Program-made: the position numbers and the translations under genes | Shown here: piece after piece, positions 62,401 to 64,000 of the stretch | Layout: the number at the start of each line of letters is the position of its first letter | Numbering within the stretch: position 1 is the first letter of the stretch | NCBI GenBank assembly: GCA_965237675.1 | Contig: OZ250150.1 | Span: forward strand, 3,808,001-3,872,000 | DNA from: Candidatus Latescibacterota bacterium | Lineage (GTDB): Bacteria > Latescibacterota > UBA2968 > GCA-2709665 | Length of the DNA stretch: 64,000 nucleotides | Direction of reading: 5' to 3' | Notes under the pieces: model-generated | Databases searched by the model: none | What the model was told of the DNA's origin: nothing | Seen by the model: only the letters and a program-made list of their open reading frames with translations

Positions 62401-63297
62401 GTAGACCGCGGTATCAACGTGGTCTATAACTATACACAGGCGTATACAACCTATCCGCTCGCGTGTTCCATAAGTCCCTCCGTCCCGAACAACGAGGGCA
62501 GTTTCCGGCCGGTAACGGTGACGGCACCGGAGGGGAGCGTTCTAAACGCCAGGTTTCCCTGCGCCGTTGGCGCCCGGCATCTGATCGGGCACTTCCTCTC
62601 CCAGGCGGTATTCGGAGCTCTATCCAGGGCGATACCCGAACGGGTGCTTGCAGACGGGTCTGCCGGACTCTGGAACACACAGTTGGAGGGATACGATCGG
62701 GATGGACGTATGTTTTCATATATTTTCTTCTCCGCTGGCGGTATGGGCGCCAGACCCACCTCGGACGGGCTGTCTGCAACGGCCTTCCCCAGCGGGATCA
62801 AGGGGGTGCCCGCCGAGGCCATCGAAGCGGTCTCACCCGTGCTGATGCTCAAGCGCGAGTTGCGTCCGGACTCCGGCGGACCGGGCAAGTTCCGCGGCGG
62901 GCTGGGACAGGAGATGGTGCTGAGAATGGATACCGAGTCAGCGGTGCTGCATTCATGTATGTATGACCGCACCCGGAGCCCGGCTCGCGGTTTTCTCGGC
63001 GGCGGGAACGGCGCCGTTGGCGAGGTGGTTGTTTCCGACGGTTCCCGGCCGCACCCTAAGGGCAAATACGAAATTCAGCCGGGGCAGACCGTAACGTTGA
63101 GACTGCCCGGCGGAGGCGGTTTCTTCTCACCCATGGCTCGCGACCCGCAGCGGGTGCTGAACGACGTACGGCAGGGACGCGTGTCCTTGGAGGCGGCCAG
63201 GGATGTTTACGGCGTGGTGGTAGACACTCTGAATTGGGAGGTGGACGGAGCCGCTACGGAAGCGATCAGGGAAGCGTCCGGACAGATGGAGGGATGA
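59494..63297 (+). CDS. Fused hydantoinase A+B / 5-oxoprolinase-like enzyme
   Basis: A half: AIDIGGTFTD, HGTT, SGPSGG, DMGGTT, GAGGGS; B half: NDPWLGSGHLHD, EVFEEG, DSGGPGKFRGG, PGGGG. Start 59479 or 59494. Confidence 0.93.
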   Translation: MAEETFVLAIDIGGTFTDLVLLDCHTGRQAVAKVPTSYPDPSEALLTGIGSVLASVNPGSVQRVIHGTTLVTNALIERKGARTGLITTAGFRDALEIGREGRYDIYDLWLVLPEPLVERRLRFGAPERMNVRGEVLENLNETSIHEACRIFLEEGVEAVAICFLHAYANPEHERRAEQIVRGTMRGVAVSVSHQVAPELREYDRTSTTVANAYVQPLAGRYLAGLAKGLETKGITAPLHIMLSNGGVCSAETAAAFPVRLVESGPSGGALSGAYWAEQSDRHNVLAFDMGGTTAKAVLGSEGAFPITTESEVARVYRFKRGSGLPLLVPVLDMIEIGAGGGSIAHLNEMGLPAVGPESAGSVPGPACYAPGGEEPTVTDADLILGMLNPDYFLGGKMALDTYSAQSAVHRLAARLGMDVCRMAWGIHRMVNENMANAARVHAAERGIDIRGYTMVATGGAGPVHACGVAERLGIVSVIVPPAAGVSSAFGLMLAPISFDFARSYVARLEAVDYERLNGLFEEMEREGEDVLREAGVTSVQMRVERTADMRYVGQGHEIRIPVPGGELDSGRAVKIRTAFDREYTRKFTRTCEGVEIESVHWRVRMSGPKPDLGDVETACSAGGDPRKGVREVLFNAESGPEPTPVFDRYRMSAGFRATGPVIVEEVESTAVVPRGWTVSAEACGNLFLRRLEGSAMMPADKLDAVLLEVLWNRLISIVNEQAAALMHASFTTVVREAGDLSAGIFNRGGDMVAQAVTGTPGHINTMATCVRHFAKAHPIDSLKPGDSLLTNDPWLGSGHLHDITVVTPVFHHGRAVGWFANTCHAMDIGGRTLGADAREVFEEGLHIPIMFLFREGEVNRDLMEIVRANVRTPDSVVGDLYAQQAGNDVGAAKLVEMMAEYDMDDIESLTALILDRSEAATRDAIAEIPNGTYTDEVVIDGFDHPLKIAVSIHVKDRELTVDYNGTSPQVDRGINVVYNYTQAYTTYPLACSISPSVPNNEGSFRPVTVTAPEGSVLNARFPCAVGARHLIGHFLSQAVFGALSRAIPERVLADGSAGLWNTQLEGYDRDGRMFSYIFFSAGGMGARPTSDGLSATAFPSGIKGVPAEAIEAVSPVLMLKRELRPDSGGPGKFRGGLGQEMVLRMDTESAVLHSCMYDRTRSPARGFLGGGNGAVGEVVVSDGSRPHPKGKYEIQPGQTVTLRLPGGGGFFSPMARDPQRVLNDVRQGRVSLEAARDVYGVVVDTLNWEVDGAATEAIREASGQMEG

Positions 63298-63460
63298 AAG
63301 GGTTCCGCATCGGGGGCCGCCGGATTGCCGCGCCGGCCGTGAACCTTGCGGCTGTGTCCACTCGCCAAGGCAGCCTGCGTCGCGGGATATCGAATTAAAC
63401 CGAATTTTGAATGCAGTTTCGGATTTCGTTGGAATCCAGTGAGTTGTATAGGATGTAAAG

Positions 63461-64000
63461 ATGGGTATATGTGAAACCGATGACGGCTACCGGGGCATCT
63501 GGTGGTGGGACACGCCCACGGACAACGAGTACAGGTACGTCTATTACAGCGGCGGTTTTGCGACCTATACCGCCAAACATATACCGTTGGCTTATTATTC
63601 CGATGTCGTGCATAAGACGTTCTTTTGCTACGGCGGGACGTACAGGGACAAGAACCAGATCCTGGCGATGGTCTCCTGTTTCGACCACGCTACAGGGACG
63701 GTTCCCCGGCCAACCCTTTTGATGGACAAAGGTACAGCCGACGCACACGATAACCCCGTGCTGATGCTGGACGAAAGGGGCTACGTCTGGGTGTTCGTGA
63801 GTGCGCATGGCACGGTGAGGCCCGCCTACATTTACAAAAGCGACGCACCCTACTCCGTGGATGCATTCGAACGCGTGCAGGAGACGAATTTTTCTTATCC
63901 TCAGCCCTGGTATATTGACGGCAACGGATTTCTTTTCCTGCATACCAGGTATCTCGGCGGACGGTTTCTCTACGCGCTCACCAGCCCCGACGGCACAAGA
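63461..64000 (+). CDS. BNR-4 repeat-like (propeller glycosidase/lyase-like) protein, 5' part
   Basis: MGICETDDGYRGIWW..YSGGFATYTAKH..KTFFCYGG..DAHDNPVLMLDERGYVWVFVSAHG..FSYPQPW; frame open to the window end; absent from the ORF track. Confidence 0.72.
   Translation, partial: MGICETDDGYRGIWWWDTPTDNEYRYVYYSGGFATYTAKHIPLAYYSDVVHKTFFCYGGTYRDKNQILAMVSCFDHATGTVPRPTLLMDKGTADAHDNPVLMLDERGYVWVFVSAHGTVRPAYIYKSDAPYSVDAFERVQETNFSYPQPWYIDGNGFLFLHTRYLGGRFLYALTSPDGTR

Overview
Bacterial chromosomal segment (standard code, GC in the high 50s % by eye). The dockerin/EF-hand-like repeat, LysM/lipoprotein pair and many PhyH/Gfo-Idh/hydantoinase genes suggest an FCB-related, Latescibacterota-like lineage (inference only). 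It holds housekeeping loci (nrdR-nrdJ with NrdR boxes, phoH-7TM/HD-ybeY-corC, aspS, hisS, an rnhB-yraN fusion, four tRNAs), a heterodimeric ABC exporter and a ~15 kb block of orphan catabolic enzymes. It also has two hydantoinase/oxoprolinase systems, an IS630 splitting a class-V aminotransferase, a frameshifted TonB receptor and a 1.2 kb stack of decayed toxin-antitoxin fragments. The strongest signal is missed by the ORF track: two genes carry an in-frame UGA followed by a SECIS-like hairpin. One is a thioredoxin-fold lipoprotein with U-P-V-C (22570-23166). The other is an outer-membrane beta-barrel with a lone candidate selenocysteine at residue 6 of the mature chain (5906-6877), co-transcribed with a beta-propeller lipoprotein. 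Protein family calls come from motif recognition by eye; no searches or folding programs were run.
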